This document shows, piece after piece, positions 20,309 through 31,411 of a stretch of DNA of 35,698 nucleotides. The DNA is taken from the NCBI GenBank assembly GCA_002292895.1, contig DBCE01000188.1, positions 896 to 36,593 on the forward strand, read 5' to 3'. The translations under genes were made by a program, and so were the position numbers. Origin of the DNA: Phycisphaerales bacterium UBA966 (lineage in GTDB: Bacteria; Planctomycetota; Phycisphaerae; Phycisphaerales; SM1A02). The number at the start of each line of letters is the position of its first letter. The first letter of the stretch is position 1. The notes below the pieces were generated by a model. That model worked only from the letters and a program-made list of their open reading frames with translations. It was not told the origin of the DNA and searched no databases.

Positions 20309-20351
20309 GCAATCGCAGGTGCGGCTATCGAAGACCGAGTTTCATCATGCG

Positions 20352-20388
20352 AAACGCCGCCCGATCTAGTCAGGATCGGGCGGCGTTT
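20352..20388. terminator. Perfect 15-bp hairpin just 3' of tRNA-Phe, an intrinsic-terminator-like element
   Basis: AAACGCCGCCCGATC (20352-20366) pairs with GATCGGGCGGCGTTT (20374-20388) across a 7-nt loop. T/A runs flank it on both strands. Confidence 0.6.
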
Positions 20389-20392
20389 TGAA

Positions 20393-20465
20393 TGGCAACT
20401 CGCGGACTTGAACCGCGGACCCGCGCATCTTCAGTGCGCTGCTCTACCAACTGAGCTAAGTTGCC
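20393..20465 (-). tRNA. tRNA-Phe (anticodon GAA)
   Basis: I folded the reverse complement GGCAACT TA GCTC AGTTGGTA GAGC A GCGCA CTGAAGA TGCGC GGGTC CGCGG TTCAAGT CCGCG AGTTGCC A by hand. It forms a full cloverleaf of 73 nt. CCA is not encoded. Confidence 0.93.
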
Positions 20466-20514
20466 GCGCGCGTTACAACCCAGTGACGGGTCGCTTCGAG
20501 CAGTAATTTGGATG

Positions 20515-21144
20515 TCACCCTCGGAACCCGGGACGCGTTTCGGCGCCCGCGGCCATTTGGGCAGGAATGCGAAGGGTACGCACTTCTTCCACCGTGTCAA
20601 GGCGCTCGGAGGCACTTGCTGCTCGTCCGAGCTCCACTTCGAGGCTCCCCAGGAGCCTTTCAGCCAGCCAATACCGCAGTGGGCGGGTGGCGGCAAAGGT
20701 TCGGAGGTCGGGGGCACGAACGCCGCGCGGGCGGCGGACGGTGGTTCCGGAGCGTCCGCTGCGCGTGCGGGCATCGGTGGTCGGCCCGAGCGTGGAAACG
20801 CGTAGGTCAATCCAGAATCGGCGCGCGAATGCAATTCCGCGCATCGGGTCAAGGCGCGAAGCACAGGCGCGATCGAAGCCAGGTGCCAGTACGGTCTGCA
20901 AGTCGGCCCATGACTGCGCAACACCGCGCGCCAGTGCGGCAGCGTGCACCGCACATTTAATGTTGTCGATAGCGCGCTCTGGTCGCGGCATGCGACCGAG
21001 ACCCGCATTCTCCAAATGCTCAATGACGTCGGAAACGCTCATTCCGTAGCGCACGGCTAATTCGCCTGATTCTGCGAAATACGCCGAGCGAATGCTCGCT
21101 TCAATCGATCCATCTAATCGGCGCGCCGAAGAGCGCTCAGCCAT
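20515..21144 (-). CDS. Hypothetical protein. The maximal ORF extends to 21384, where its ATG overlaps the upstream stop as ATGA.
   Basis: Protein-like composition begins at MAERSSARRLDGSIEASIRSAYFAESGELAVRYGMSVSDVIEHLENAGLG, a possible HTH. The upstream 80 codons are basic and low complexity. No family was recognised. Confidence 0.45.
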   Translation of the reverse strand: MAERSSARRLDGSIEASIRSAYFAESGELAVRYGMSVSDVIEHLENAGLGRMPRPERAIDNIKCAVHAAALARGVAQSWADLQTVLAPGFDRACASRLDPMRGIAFARRFWIDLRVSTLGPTTDARTRSGRSGTTVRRPRGVRAPDLRTFAATRPLRYWLAERLLGSLEVELGRAASASERLDTVEEVRTLRIPAQMAAGAETRPGFRG

Positions 21145-21380
21145 GGTGCATGCACCACCGGCATTGTTCGAACCCCACAACGAGTGCGACTCCCACAGCG
21201 TGCCCGTTGCGTCAGTGGAATTCATTGAACTGTTCACTTTCATCGGTGTTCGCCTCCTGCGATTCCGTGGCGAGTGCCGCTGCTTGCATAGCCGCGCTGC
21301 ACTCACGCATTCCTTGCGTGCGCGGAGTGTAGAGCTGTGAAGTGGCGCGTCAATCCGTTTACGCAGAATCCCGGGCGATT

Positions 21381-22190
21381 TCATGCAATACGGACGTTGC
21401 CAAGAAGTGAGCGCCGAAGGTCACGCAAGGCCGGAAACTTATCGCGCCAGCGCAACAACTCATTGCGATCGAGTTCTGCAATAAGCGCTAACTCGCCATC
21501 CCCCGCCTCAGCGATGATCTCTCCGCTCGGCGCCACCACGAACGAGTCGCCGTGGTACGCGGCTTGTGGGTCGTGTCCGATACGGTTGCATGCGATGACA
21601 AATGCTTGGTTCTCGATGGCGCGGGCAACCGCAAGCGCACGCCGATGTACTGCGCGCGCACCCGGCCAATTTGCGCCCACGGTGAACACCTCTGCGCCCG
21701 CAAGTGCTGCAAGGCGAAAGAGTTCGGGAAAGCGGAGGTCATAACAAATGAACGGCGCAACTCGCCATGTACCGTCCGTGAGCGGCACATCAATCACCGA
21801 GATGGTGTCGCCCGGCGCGTAGTGTTGATCCTCACGAGCGGGCGAGAAGAGATGCATCTTCCGATATGTTCCGGCCACGGATCCATCCGGACGGATGATG
21901 CTGGCGGCGTTATGGAGCGCGCCAGTGGTGGCGTCGCGCTCGGCGTGCCCCGATTGCATCCAGACTTGGTGCCGCCGCGCGAGCTGTGCAGTGGCTTCAA
22001 CCGGATCCGGACGCCCGGCAGGGGGCGGATCCATGGTGAAACCGGTGTCCGCCAACTCAGGAAGCAGCACAAAGTCGCCCGCGGAAAGGTTTGCGGACGC
22101 AGCGAGCCGGTCGATGGTGGCCCAGTTGCGTGCGGGGTCCATCCACGCGATGTCAAACTGCAGGGCGGCGATGCGCATGGCGCGCACCAT
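21381..22190 (-). CDS. Carbon-nitrogen hydrolase family protein (nitrilase superfamily, omega-amidase-like)
   Basis: The E-K-C triad contexts are LLPELADTGF, YRKMHLF and FICYDLRFPE. The ORF track extends it to 22349, but that part is the translated tRNA-His. Plausible starts are 22190 (MVRAMRIAALQFD) or 22178. Confidence 0.88.
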   Translation of the reverse strand: MVRAMRIAALQFDIAWMDPARNWATIDRLAASANLSAGDFVLLPELADTGFTMDPPPAGRPDPVEATAQLARRHQVWMQSGHAERDATTGALHNAASIIRPDGSVAGTYRKMHLFSPAREDQHYAPGDTISVIDVPLTDGTWRVAPFICYDLRFPELFRLAALAGAEVFTVGANWPGARAVHRRALAVARAIENQAFVIACNRIGHDPQAAYHGDSFVVAPSGEIIAEAGDGELALIAELDRNELLRWRDKFPALRDLRRSLLGNVRIA

Positions 22191-22291
22191 AGCGGTTCCC
22201 GCGCGATCAGCGCCGCACCGTGCCCCACAAGCGCCCAGTTGCTCCAAAAACAAACCACCCCCGCATAAGAACGGGGATGGTTTGATGAACG

Positions 22292-22365
22292 GGCGACCGA
22301 CGGGATTTGAACCCGCGACTTTCAGGATCACAACCCGATGCTCTACCAACTGAGCTACGGCCGCC
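22292..22365 (-). tRNA. tRNA-His (anticodon GUG) with a genome-encoded G-1
   Basis: The reverse complement is G GCGGCCG TA GCTC AGTTGGTA GAGC A TCGGG TTGTGAT CCTGA AAGTC GCGGG TTCAAAT CCCGT CGGTCGC C. It forms a cloverleaf with G-1 opposite the discriminator C73, which is the His identity feature. Confidence 0.93.
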
Positions 22366-22496
22366 GTAGTGAAGGGAAATCATGGTATCCGGACGAGGAA
22401 GGGGGGTCAATCCCCTCGGATTCCGAGCAACGAACCGGGCGACCAAGTCGGTATCCTTCGCCCTTTACGCTCCCCTTTTAGGAAAGCACTTCACCC

Positions 22497-24089
<1,593 letters not shown>

Positions 24090-24111
24090 CCGGCCCGAGG
24101 TACCTCAGACC

Positions 24112-25371
24112 ATGGCAACCATGCAAGCGACCGCGCACGCTGTCACGGATGTTGGCTTTGCGGACATCGTTGCAGCTCGCCAACGTATCGCGGGCGGGGT
24201 GTTGGTCACGCCGTGCGTTGAAAGCCCGGCGCTTTCAGCCATCACCGGCGCACAGATATTTTGCAAATTGGAGTACCAGCAACGCGCGGGCAGCTTTAAG
24301 GAGCGTGGGGCGTGCAACGCCTTGCTCCTTCTGAGTGCCGAAGAGCGATCGCGTGGCGTGATTGCAGCAAGTGCAGGCAATCATGCGCTGGCATTGGCAT
24401 TGCATGGCAAGCGTCTTGGCATTCCAGTGACCGTGGTCATGCCAATGCATGCGCCGTTGGTGAAGCAGCGGCGGTGTCGTGAGTTGGGCGCGCGCGTTCT
24501 GAATCACGGCGACAACATTGCAGAGGCACGAAGCCGCGCAGATCTGTTGGTGGCTGATGAACGTCTGACGTACATCAACGGATTTAACGACGCGGCGATC
24601 GTTGCAGGGCAGGGTACTGTTGGCCTGGAAATTCTTGAGCAAGTTCATGACCTTGATGCCATCGTGGTACCGATCGGTGGTGCGGGTTTGATTGCTGGTA
24701 TCGCCTTGGCAACCAAAGAACTGGCGCCACGCGTGAAGATTGTTGGTGTTGAACCATCCCGATGCGCAAGTTTCGCTGCGGCCATGGCTGCGGGCAAGCC
24801 GGTGCGCGTTTCGTCCGTAGCCACACTCGCTGACGGCCTTGCAGTTCCGGAAGTCGGTGCCCGTAGCTTTGAGATTGCACGAACGCGCGTCGATGAGTGG
24901 GTGGCGGTTGATGAGAACGCCATCGCACTTGCCATTCTGCGCTTGGCGGAGTTGGAGAAGGGGGTCGTAGAGGGCGCTGGTGCGGCGCCGCTGGCAGCAT
25001 TCCTGGCGGGCAAACTGGATTCACTGAAGGGCAAACGCGTCGCGTTGGTTCTTTGTGGAGGCAATATTGATCCGTTGGTGTTCAGCCGCGTCATTGAGCA
25101 GGGGCTTGCTGTTGATGGTCGGCTTGTGAAATTCTCGGCGGTGATTAGCGATCGTCCCGGTGGATTGGCTGATCTTGCTGGAACCCTTGCGAAGTGCGGT
25201 GCAAGTGTTCAAGACATCGTTCATGAACGCACGTTCGGCGAAGCCGATGTCTCTACCGTGACGGTGCAATGCATTGTTGAAGTCCGGGACCGTAGCCATG
25301 CGCAGGAGCTGTTTGAGGCCCTGCACGCGCGCGGGGTCCGTATTACCTCCCGCAGCGCCCCGGCGGAGTGA
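24112..25371 (+). CDS. ilvA: Threonine ammonia-lyase (threonine dehydratase), short form with one C-terminal ACT-like domain
   Basis: The PLP lysine context is KLEYQQRAGSFKERGA. SAGNHA and the glycine loop GGAGLIAG are also present. The length is 419 aa. Confidence 0.88.
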   Translation: MATMQATAHAVTDVGFADIVAARQRIAGGVLVTPCVESPALSAITGAQIFCKLEYQQRAGSFKERGACNALLLLSAEERSRGVIAASAGNHALALALHGKRLGIPVTVVMPMHAPLVKQRRCRELGARVLNHGDNIAEARSRADLLVADERLTYINGFNDAAIVAGQGTVGLEILEQVHDLDAIVVPIGGAGLIAGIALATKELAPRVKIVGVEPSRCASFAAAMAAGKPVRVSSVATLADGLAVPEVGARSFEIARTRVDEWVAVDENAIALAILRLAELEKGVVEGAGAAPLAAFLAGKLDSLKGKRVALVLCGGNIDPLVFSRVIEQGLAVDGRLVKFSAVISDRPGGLADLAGTLAKCGASVQDIVHERTFGEADVSTVTVQCIVEVRDRSHAQELFEALHARGVRITSRSAPAE

Positions 25372-25497
25372 ATTTCTTCAAAAATCCGGTGATGTGAACT
25401 TCAGACGGTGGTCCGGCGCGCCGATCCATGCGGTGGCGCAGCGTCCACCTCTGGATGCGGTGCCACCTATCGCGCTTTAAGGAGCATTGAGAATCAC

Positions 25498-26100
25498 ATG
25501 GCACAGAACGCATTCGGCACGGAAAAGGAAGCACTCACCACGGGCGAAGTTGCGCGCATCTGCAATGTGGCAGCTCGTACCGTGAGCAAGTGGATCGATG
25601 GCGGTCGTCTTGAGGGCTATCGAATTCCTGGTTCGCGTGATCGTCGTGTTCATGTTTCCGCGCTCGAGAACTTTGTTACTGCTCACGGGATTCCGTTTAC
25701 GGCCGAAGCGCCGCAAGCGGCAACCACTACCCGTGTTCTCTTGGTTGACCTGGACCGAACTGCTACGGAGACCGTTCGCGAAGTGTTGACGGATCTGGGT
25801 GGTTTCACTGTGGAGACCGCTTCCGATGCGCTCTCTGCTGCGATTGCGTGTGGATCCTCAGTGCCCGATGTAGTGGTGTTTGACTGCTCAGCCGGCGATC
25901 CGGTGGCGTTTATCACTGCGCTTCGGTCGCGCGCCAACTTTGCCAATACCCGCTTCTTTGCAAGTGGCACGGCCTTTCCGGACGGCGGCATTTCACTCAC
26001 TCGCCGCGGCTTTGAAGCGATTATCCATAAGCCGTATTCGGTGCGTGTACTGCTTGAAGCAGTCACTGCGCCACGAATGAATGCTCGCCACGCTGGTTGA
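25498..26100 (+). CDS. Regulator with an N-terminal excisionase/MerR-type HTH and a C-terminal receiver-like domain
   Basis: The HTH is LTTGEVARICNVAARTVSKWIDGGRLEGYRIPGSRDRRV. The REC-like segment is RVLLVDLD...DVVVFDCS...IHKPY. The ATG at 25498 is preceded by AAGGAG (25479-25484). Confidence 0.65.
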   Translation: MAQNAFGTEKEALTTGEVARICNVAARTVSKWIDGGRLEGYRIPGSRDRRVHVSALENFVTAHGIPFTAEAPQAATTTRVLLVDLDRTATETVREVLTDLGGFTVETASDALSAAIACGSSVPDVVVFDCSAGDPVAFITALRSRANFANTRFFASGTAFPDGGISLTRRGFEAIIHKPYSVRVLLEAVTAPRMNARHAG

Positions 26101-26144
26101 CATTGCCTCCGCACCGCGGCGTTGCCACCTAGACTGTCCGTCCC

Positions 26145-27866
26145 ATGCGGATTGCGCTTGCACGCTTCGATTCCCTCGTTGGCGATGTTCCCGGAAATTC
26201 CCGGCGAATGCTTGATCGCGCGGTGGAACTCGCCCGCGCCGGTGCGCAATGCGTGGTCTTTCCTGAACTCGCCATGGTCGGCTATCCGCCGCGGGACCTT
26301 CTGCAACGTGAAGGATTTGTTGATACCTGCGAATGCGCCGTGGTGGCGTTGGCGGCCAGCCTGAAGAGCGCCGGCGCTGGCGATGTTGCCGTCTGCGTTG
26401 GTGCTGTCATGCATGCGGCCGGTGCGGGTTCCGCGCTCATCAATGTGGTGGCAGTGCTGCGGGGCGGCCGCGTGGAAGCCACCTACGCCAAGCGGCTGCT
26501 TCCCGATTACGACGTCTTTGACGAGCCGCGGCACTTTGCGCCGGGCCGATCGCCCGTTGTGATTTCGTGTGGCGCTGAGCGCGTTGGTATTGTCATCTGC
26601 GAAGACCTGTGGCGCGCTGAAGACGCGGTTGCTACAGGTCACTCGTATTCCATTGACCCAGTCGCTGAGTCTGTTGCCGCGGGTGCAACAGTGATTGTCT
26701 GTCCGTCGGCAAGTCCATGCGCGGCAGGAAAGCATGCGCGCCATCTGGAGATCTTGCGCTCGGCAGCCCAACGCGTCGGCGTTCCGTTGTGTTCACTGAA
26801 CGCATCCGGCGCGGACGACGATCTGGTCTTTGATGGTGACGCGCGCATTGTGTTTCCTGATGGAACCGCCATTGCCGCTTCACGCTGGGGCAAAGATGCA
26901 CTGGCGCATGATTTCAAAGCCTCATCCGTTGCTGCTGAGCGCAGTGTCGTACTGAAAGCGGAAGGAGCAGAGCACGCGGAGCGCTGGCACACGGTTGTTG
27001 CAGGAATTGCTGGCTATTTCCGCAAGACCGGTCACAGTCACGCTGTGCTTGGACTGTCTGGTGGAATTGACAGTGCCCTGGTTGCTGCGCTTGCATGTGC
27101 GGCCCTGGGCGCAGACCGGGTCACTGGCGTATTGATGCCCAGCAAGTTCTCCAGCGATGGTTCGCGCGCTGATGCGTGGGAATTGGCGCGGCGGCTTGGC
27201 ATGAGCGCGCTGGAGATTCCAATCGAGCCAGCGCATCATGCGTTGGCTACCCATCTGCAGCCGTACCTTGCCAAAGTGGGTGCGGGGCTTGATGGCTTGG
27301 TTGATGAGAATCTGCAAAGTCGCCTGCGTGGAATTCAACTGATGGCCTTCTCCAATGCCACCGGCGCGCTGGTGCTTGCTACTGGAAATAAGAGTGAATA
27401 CGCCGTTGGATATTCCACTCTCTATGGCGACATGTGCGGCGCACTGGCGCCGATCGGTGACATCTTGAAGACCGATGTTTGGGCACTGGCGAGATGGGCG
27501 AACGAGCACTACCCAAAGCTGGCATTGGTTTCCGGATTGGATTGGCACTGCTCGCAACCGCCGATTCCTGAGGCGAGTATCACCAAGATTCCCAGCGCTG
27601 AACTTCGACCCGATCAGGCAGACCAAGACTCGCTGCCGCCCTATGAAGTGCTTGATGCCATTGTGCGCGGCTGGGTCGAAGAAGAGCGTTCCATCGACTC
27701 AATTGCGCTGGCCCACCAACTTGACCGTGCCTTAGTGGAGCGATGGACGCGGGCGATTGACATGGCGCAGTACAAGCGCGCCCAGGCTCCGGTGATCATT
27801 CGCCTGAGCCCGCGCGCGTTCGGTCCGGGCCGCAGAATGCCGATCGTCATGCGCGATGTGCGCTGA
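26145..27866 (+). CDS. nadE: Glutamine-dependent NAD+ synthetase
   Basis: The N-terminal CN-hydrolase domain shows FPELAMVGYPP and ICEDLW. The C-terminal NAD synthetase domain has the SGGxDS loop GLSGGIDSALVA. Confidence 0.93.
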   Translation: MRIALARFDSLVGDVPGNSRRMLDRAVELARAGAQCVVFPELAMVGYPPRDLLQREGFVDTCECAVVALAASLKSAGAGDVAVCVGAVMHAAGAGSALINVVAVLRGGRVEATYAKRLLPDYDVFDEPRHFAPGRSPVVISCGAERVGIVICEDLWRAEDAVATGHSYSIDPVAESVAAGATVIVCPSASPCAAGKHARHLEILRSAAQRVGVPLCSLNASGADDDLVFDGDARIVFPDGTAIAASRWGKDALAHDFKASSVAAERSVVLKAEGAEHAERWHTVVAGIAGYFRKTGHSHAVLGLSGGIDSALVAALACAALGADRVTGVLMPSKFSSDGSRADAWELARRLGMSALEIPIEPAHHALATHLQPYLAKVGAGLDGLVDENLQSRLRGIQLMAFSNATGALVLATGNKSEYAVGYSTLYGDMCGALAPIGDILKTDVWALARWANEHYPKLALVSGLDWHCSQPPIPEASITKIPSAELRPDQADQDSLPPYEVLDAIVRGWVEEERSIDSIALAHQLDRALVERWTRAIDMAQYKRAQAPVIIRLSPRAFGPGRRMPIVMRDVR

Positions 27867-27905
27867 TTTGCAGCCTAGCGCCCACGCATCAATTCACCGC
27901 GCTAC

Positions 27906-28703
27906 TCAACTGCTCGTGGAACTCTGCCCACGGAACGCCGTTGGAACTTCAATGCCCGGAATGGGCAGCGTTTCGCCGTGCACTTGCAACAATTGATCCG
28001 CTTCAATGCAATACGCAGTCAGCGCACCACCGTAGGCGCAGCCCGTATCAATGTTTGCAAAGTACGGCACGCCGTTTTCTGAGCGCAGGATGATTGGTTG
28101 TCGAACTGGTCGATGTCCGACGATGATGAGCCCATCGGAACCGTCATAGCGCTCCCACCAATTCTGCTCGCCTTCGGCAGCCTTCACGTGGATCTTCACG
28201 TCGTCGGGCGTGTTCTCAACGCCAAGTTTCGGATCGATGCCGCCATGGACAACCGTCCACGTTCCGCGTGGGTGTCGCACTTCAACGCGGTCGCATGCCT
28301 CAGTGAGTAGCCATGTAGCTTCACGCATGAGTCCGGCACGTTGCAGCATTTCAATGGCGACGCGTTCGGTGCGTGGCAGGAGATCGATACTGGCACCCGA
28401 TTGCATGCGCACCACCGCACTCAGCAGCCGCAGGTCATGATTGCCACAGACCAGGTCAACGCGGTGACCCTGCGCGCGGCGATCCATGATGGCCCGCACC
28501 ACGCGACCCGGCTCCGGGCCTTTGGTGAAGAGATCTCCAACCAAAATGATGCGCGCGCCGGGAAACCAACGATCGACCAGGAGCAGCAACTGCTCAAACT
28601 CTGCCCCGCATCCATGAATATCACCAATGGCAACCGTGGAGGTCTTGGACCGTGCCGGGGTGCGTCCTGCACCGGAATTGCTGCCCGTCCTAGGCGTTTC
28701 CAT
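27906..28703 (-). CDS. Metallophosphoesterase (PPP-family Ser/Thr phosphatase or ApaH-like)
   Basis: Motifs are VAIGDIHGC, LVGDLFTKGP, GNHD and VVHGG. The maximal ORF starts at a TTG at 28733, but I prefer the ATG at 28703 (METPRTG). Confidence 0.8.
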   Translation of the reverse strand: METPRTGSNSGAGRTPARSKTSTVAIGDIHGCGAEFEQLLLLVDRWFPGARIILVGDLFTKGPEPGRVVRAIMDRRAQGHRVDLVCGNHDLRLLSAVVRMQSGASIDLLPRTERVAIEMLQRAGLMREATWLLTEACDRVEVRHPRGTWTVVHGGIDPKLGVENTPDDVKIHVKAAEGEQNWWERYDGSDGLIIVGHRPVRQPIILRSENGVPYFANIDTGCAYGGALTAYCIEADQLLQVHGETLPIPGIEVPTAFRGQSSTSS

Positions 28704-28767
28704 GGCGGTAGTGTGACATGGAAGGTGCTTCAAGTCCAGTAGTCGGGGCGATCTTTACAATCCGCGC

Positions 28768-30534
28768 ATGCCGATTCGTCTTCTTCCGCGCCAGCTTGTT
28801 GATCAAATTGCCGCAGGCGAGGTGGTAGAGCGTCCGGCCAGCGTCGTCAAGGAATTGGTGGAGAACGCCATCGACGCCGGTGCGCAACGCGTTGAGGTTT
28901 CCGTAGAAGGCGGCGGAGTGGATCGCATCGTGGTGGCCGACGATGGCGGCGGCATTGCTGCAGACGAACTTCCGCTTGCCATTGCAAGCCATGCCACCAG
29001 CAAGATTTCTTCGTCCGATGATCTTGCCGCCATCGGCACCATGGGATTTCGCGGCGAGGCGCTCGCTTCCATCGCGAGTGTTTCGCGCCTCTCAATCACC
29101 AGTCGAGTCACTGGGAGTGACGCTGGCGCACGCATTGAGGTGGACGGAGGCGTTGCCAGCGAGGTGCGCCCAGCCGGTTGTCCAGTCGGCACGGTGGTTG
29201 AAGTGCGGCAGTTGTTTCACAACGTGCCAGCGCGACGGAAGTTCCTGCGCACGGCTGGCACCGAACTTGGTCGCATTGAAGAAGTACTGGAATCGATCGC
29301 TTTATGTCGCCCCGACGTTGCATTTCGGCTTGTAGCGGACGGCAAGACACGCATCGACCTTCCTGCAACTACTGACGCGCGCCGACGCGTATTGGCCGTG
29401 TTGGGCGAATCAATTGCGGACGGATTGTTGGAAGTCACCGCCGACACCGTCCTTGAAGGTGGGGCACCGATCACCCTGTGGGGATTAGTTGGACGACCAT
29501 CACTCGCGCGCGGTTCCGGGCGTGCATTGCGGTTTGCCCTGAACGGGCGCGCCGTGCTCGACCGCACGCTTGCGCACGCAGTGAAGGAAGCCTTCCGCGG
29601 CCTGGTTGATCCGGGGCGAACTCCCATCGCGTTTGTAGCGGTGGAGATGGATCCATCACTTGTTGATGTCAACGTGCATCCAGCCAAGACTGAGGTTCGC
29701 TTTCGGCAACCAAACTTTGTTCACCAGTGCGTGATGCGTGCGGTACGCGATGCTTTGCGCGCTGCGGACCTGGTGCCTTCATTCACGCTGATGCCTCATG
29801 CACACAGCGTTGTGTCTGCGATTCCCACTATCCCGATGGCCACCAGAAATCCCACCGATTTCAGTGACTTTGCGGCGCTGGCTGTTGACCGAGCGCTGCA
29901 TGCCACTCCACCGGTTGCGCTCGTCAGCGCTGCGCCGGAAACACTCCATGGAAATCGCACCGCTCGCCGGGTGATGCAGGTGCACGGCAGTTACTTAGTG
30001 GTAGAGGACGCCGAGGGCATCTTGGTGGTTGACCAACATGCGCTGCATGAGCGCGGCATGTTTGAAGAGTTGAAGGCGCGCATTGCCGCATCTCCGTTGG
30101 AATCGCAGCGCATGCTGGTGCCGGTCGCTATTGAAACTGACCCGCGTGCCGTGGAGGCGATTGCTGACGCGGGGCCACTCTTGGAACGGCTTGGTATTGA
30201 GCTTGGCGCCGTTGGACCGCGCGCTGTCCTGGTGCATGCCTATCCGACATTCCTCCTTGGACGCGGCGTTGAACCAGCGACGTTTGTGCCGGGTCTCTTG
30301 GCGCAGATTGCCGAAGACGGGCACGCAGACTTTGAATCAGCACTGCATTCTGTTCTTGACATGATGGCATGCAAGGCATCAGTGAAGGCAGGCGATCGAT
30401 TGTCACCAACAGAGATTGACGCGCTTCTTGATTTGCGCGATCGCATTGAGCGTGGCACCGCGTGCCCGCATGGTCGACCCACCGCGTTACGCATCACCAT
30501 GCGTGACCTCGAACGAAACTTTGGAAGGTCCTGA
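28768..30534 (+). CDS. mutL: DNA mismatch repair protein MutL, endonuclease-type
   Basis: The GHKL N-terminus is LVDQIAAGEVVERPASVVKELVENAIDAGA. The C-terminal endonuclease motif is DQHALHERGMFE (DQHAx2Ex4E), followed by ACKASVKAG and CPHGRPT. Confidence 0.93.
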   Translation: MPIRLLPRQLVDQIAAGEVVERPASVVKELVENAIDAGAQRVEVSVEGGGVDRIVVADDGGGIAADELPLAIASHATSKISSSDDLAAIGTMGFRGEALASIASVSRLSITSRVTGSDAGARIEVDGGVASEVRPAGCPVGTVVEVRQLFHNVPARRKFLRTAGTELGRIEEVLESIALCRPDVAFRLVADGKTRIDLPATTDARRRVLAVLGESIADGLLEVTADTVLEGGAPITLWGLVGRPSLARGSGRALRFALNGRAVLDRTLAHAVKEAFRGLVDPGRTPIAFVAVEMDPSLVDVNVHPAKTEVRFRQPNFVHQCVMRAVRDALRAADLVPSFTLMPHAHSVVSAIPTIPMATRNPTDFSDFAALAVDRALHATPPVALVSAAPETLHGNRTARRVMQVHGSYLVVEDAEGILVVDQHALHERGMFEELKARIAASPLESQRMLVPVAIETDPRAVEAIADAGPLLERLGIELGAVGPRAVLVHAYPTFLLGRGVEPATFVPGLLAQIAEDGHADFESALHSVLDMMACKASVKAGDRLSPTEIDALLDLRDRIERGTACPHGRPTALRITMRDLERNFGRS

Positions 30535-30538
30535 CCCT

Positions 30539-31411
30539 ATGGCGAGGCAGCAGAATCTCACCGAAGAGTGGCTTGAAGCCGAACGCGGCGCGCGGGCCTT
30601 CACGGTTGCCGGTGGATGGGGAAGTGCCGACGGCGTGGTTGCGTCACCGTCACGGGATGCTGGTTGGGCGACACGCTCGCGCGGCACGCATGGAAGTCAT
30701 GGCGCCGCCGTACCGGTGGTGCTCTTGGCGCCGCAATGGCCTGGATTGGAAGACTCCGTTGCAGTGGCACTGGCTGATGACGCGGTGGCCGTGGGGCTGC
30801 TGCGCGGCGGTGTTCGTGTGGCTCGCTTGCGCGCGCTGAACTTTTCCGGTCCGCCCGATGTTGGAATGTGGGTTGATGCCATTGTTGACTCACTGCAATC
30901 GATCGCAAGTGGTTCGGGCGCCGTTGGATTGGCTGGAACCTGGGTGGCCGGCACCGCGTGCGCACTGGCCGCTGCGCGTCACGAACAGTTGTTGCTACTG
31001 GTATGTGCTGGAGCCCCCAGCGCCGAGATCATGAGTCGCAGAACTCCAGAGAATGAGGACGACTCCATGTGGACGTCCTCGGCAACGTTGCAACTCATTG
31101 AGCAACTTGCCGACCTGGCACCGCTTGAAGCAGTTGGAGTCTTTCCTCGCCCGTCGTTCTTTGTGCAGGGCGCCGTTGATGAACTGTTGACCGCTGCACA
31201 CTTTGAAGCGTGGCGCGCAGCCATCACCGCCACTGGTCGTTCAGCTGACGGCGTAGAGATTGGTTTCACGGACGCATTCTTTCGATGCGTTGATGCAGGT
31301 GGTGCCATTGACGTGCACGGCGAAGAAGGTCGATCGCTGCTCGCCGACGCAGTGGCGGGCTGGGTAGCGCGTACCGTTACTCCGACCGCAGAGGCTCGTC
31401 GCGTTCGGTGA
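30539..31411 (+). CDS. Hypothetical protein, alpha/beta-hydrolase-like with a degenerate nucleophile elbow
   Basis: The ATG lies 5 nt after the mutL stop. A GLAGTWVAG segment sits where GxSxG would be expected. Family assignment is weak. Confidence 0.45.
   Translation: MARQQNLTEEWLEAERGARAFTVAGGWGSADGVVASPSRDAGWATRSRGTHGSHGAAVPVVLLAPQWPGLEDSVAVALADDAVAVGLLRGGVRVARLRALNFSGPPDVGMWVDAIVDSLQSIASGSGAVGLAGTWVAGTACALAAARHEQLLLLVCAGAPSAEIMSRRTPENEDDSMWTSSATLQLIEQLADLAPLEAVGVFPRPSFFVQGAVDELLTAAHFEAWRAAITATGRSADGVEIGFTDAFFRCVDAGGAIDVHGEEGRSLLADAVAGWVARTVTPTAEARRVR

Noticed and set aside
20370-21023. A 217-aa minus-strand ORF and the 20567..21049 plus-strand ORF in the tRNA-Phe neighbourhood
   Set aside because: The first reads straight through the tRNA-Phe gene. 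The second is Arg/Ser-rich and low complexity. The alternative minus frame (20515..21384) has the more protein-like composition.
22191-22349. N-terminal 53 codons of the ORF 21381..22349
   Set aside because: This stretch is the translation of tRNA-His and its flank (MVEHRVVILKVAGSNPVGRP). The hydrolase core begins at MVRAMRIAALQFD.
19257-22496. A genomic island or prophage remnant at the tRNA-Phe and tRNA-His loci
   Set aside because: There is no integrase or recombinase, no duplicated tRNA 3' segment acting as an att repeat, and no obvious compositional shift. The CN-hydrolase looks like an ordinary metabolic gene.
25683-26771. A 362-aa minus-strand ORF spanning the HTH-receiver gene and the nadE 5' end
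   Set aside because: It crosses an intergenic region and two confidently called plus-strand genes. Its composition is Arg/Ala-rich and no motifs were found.
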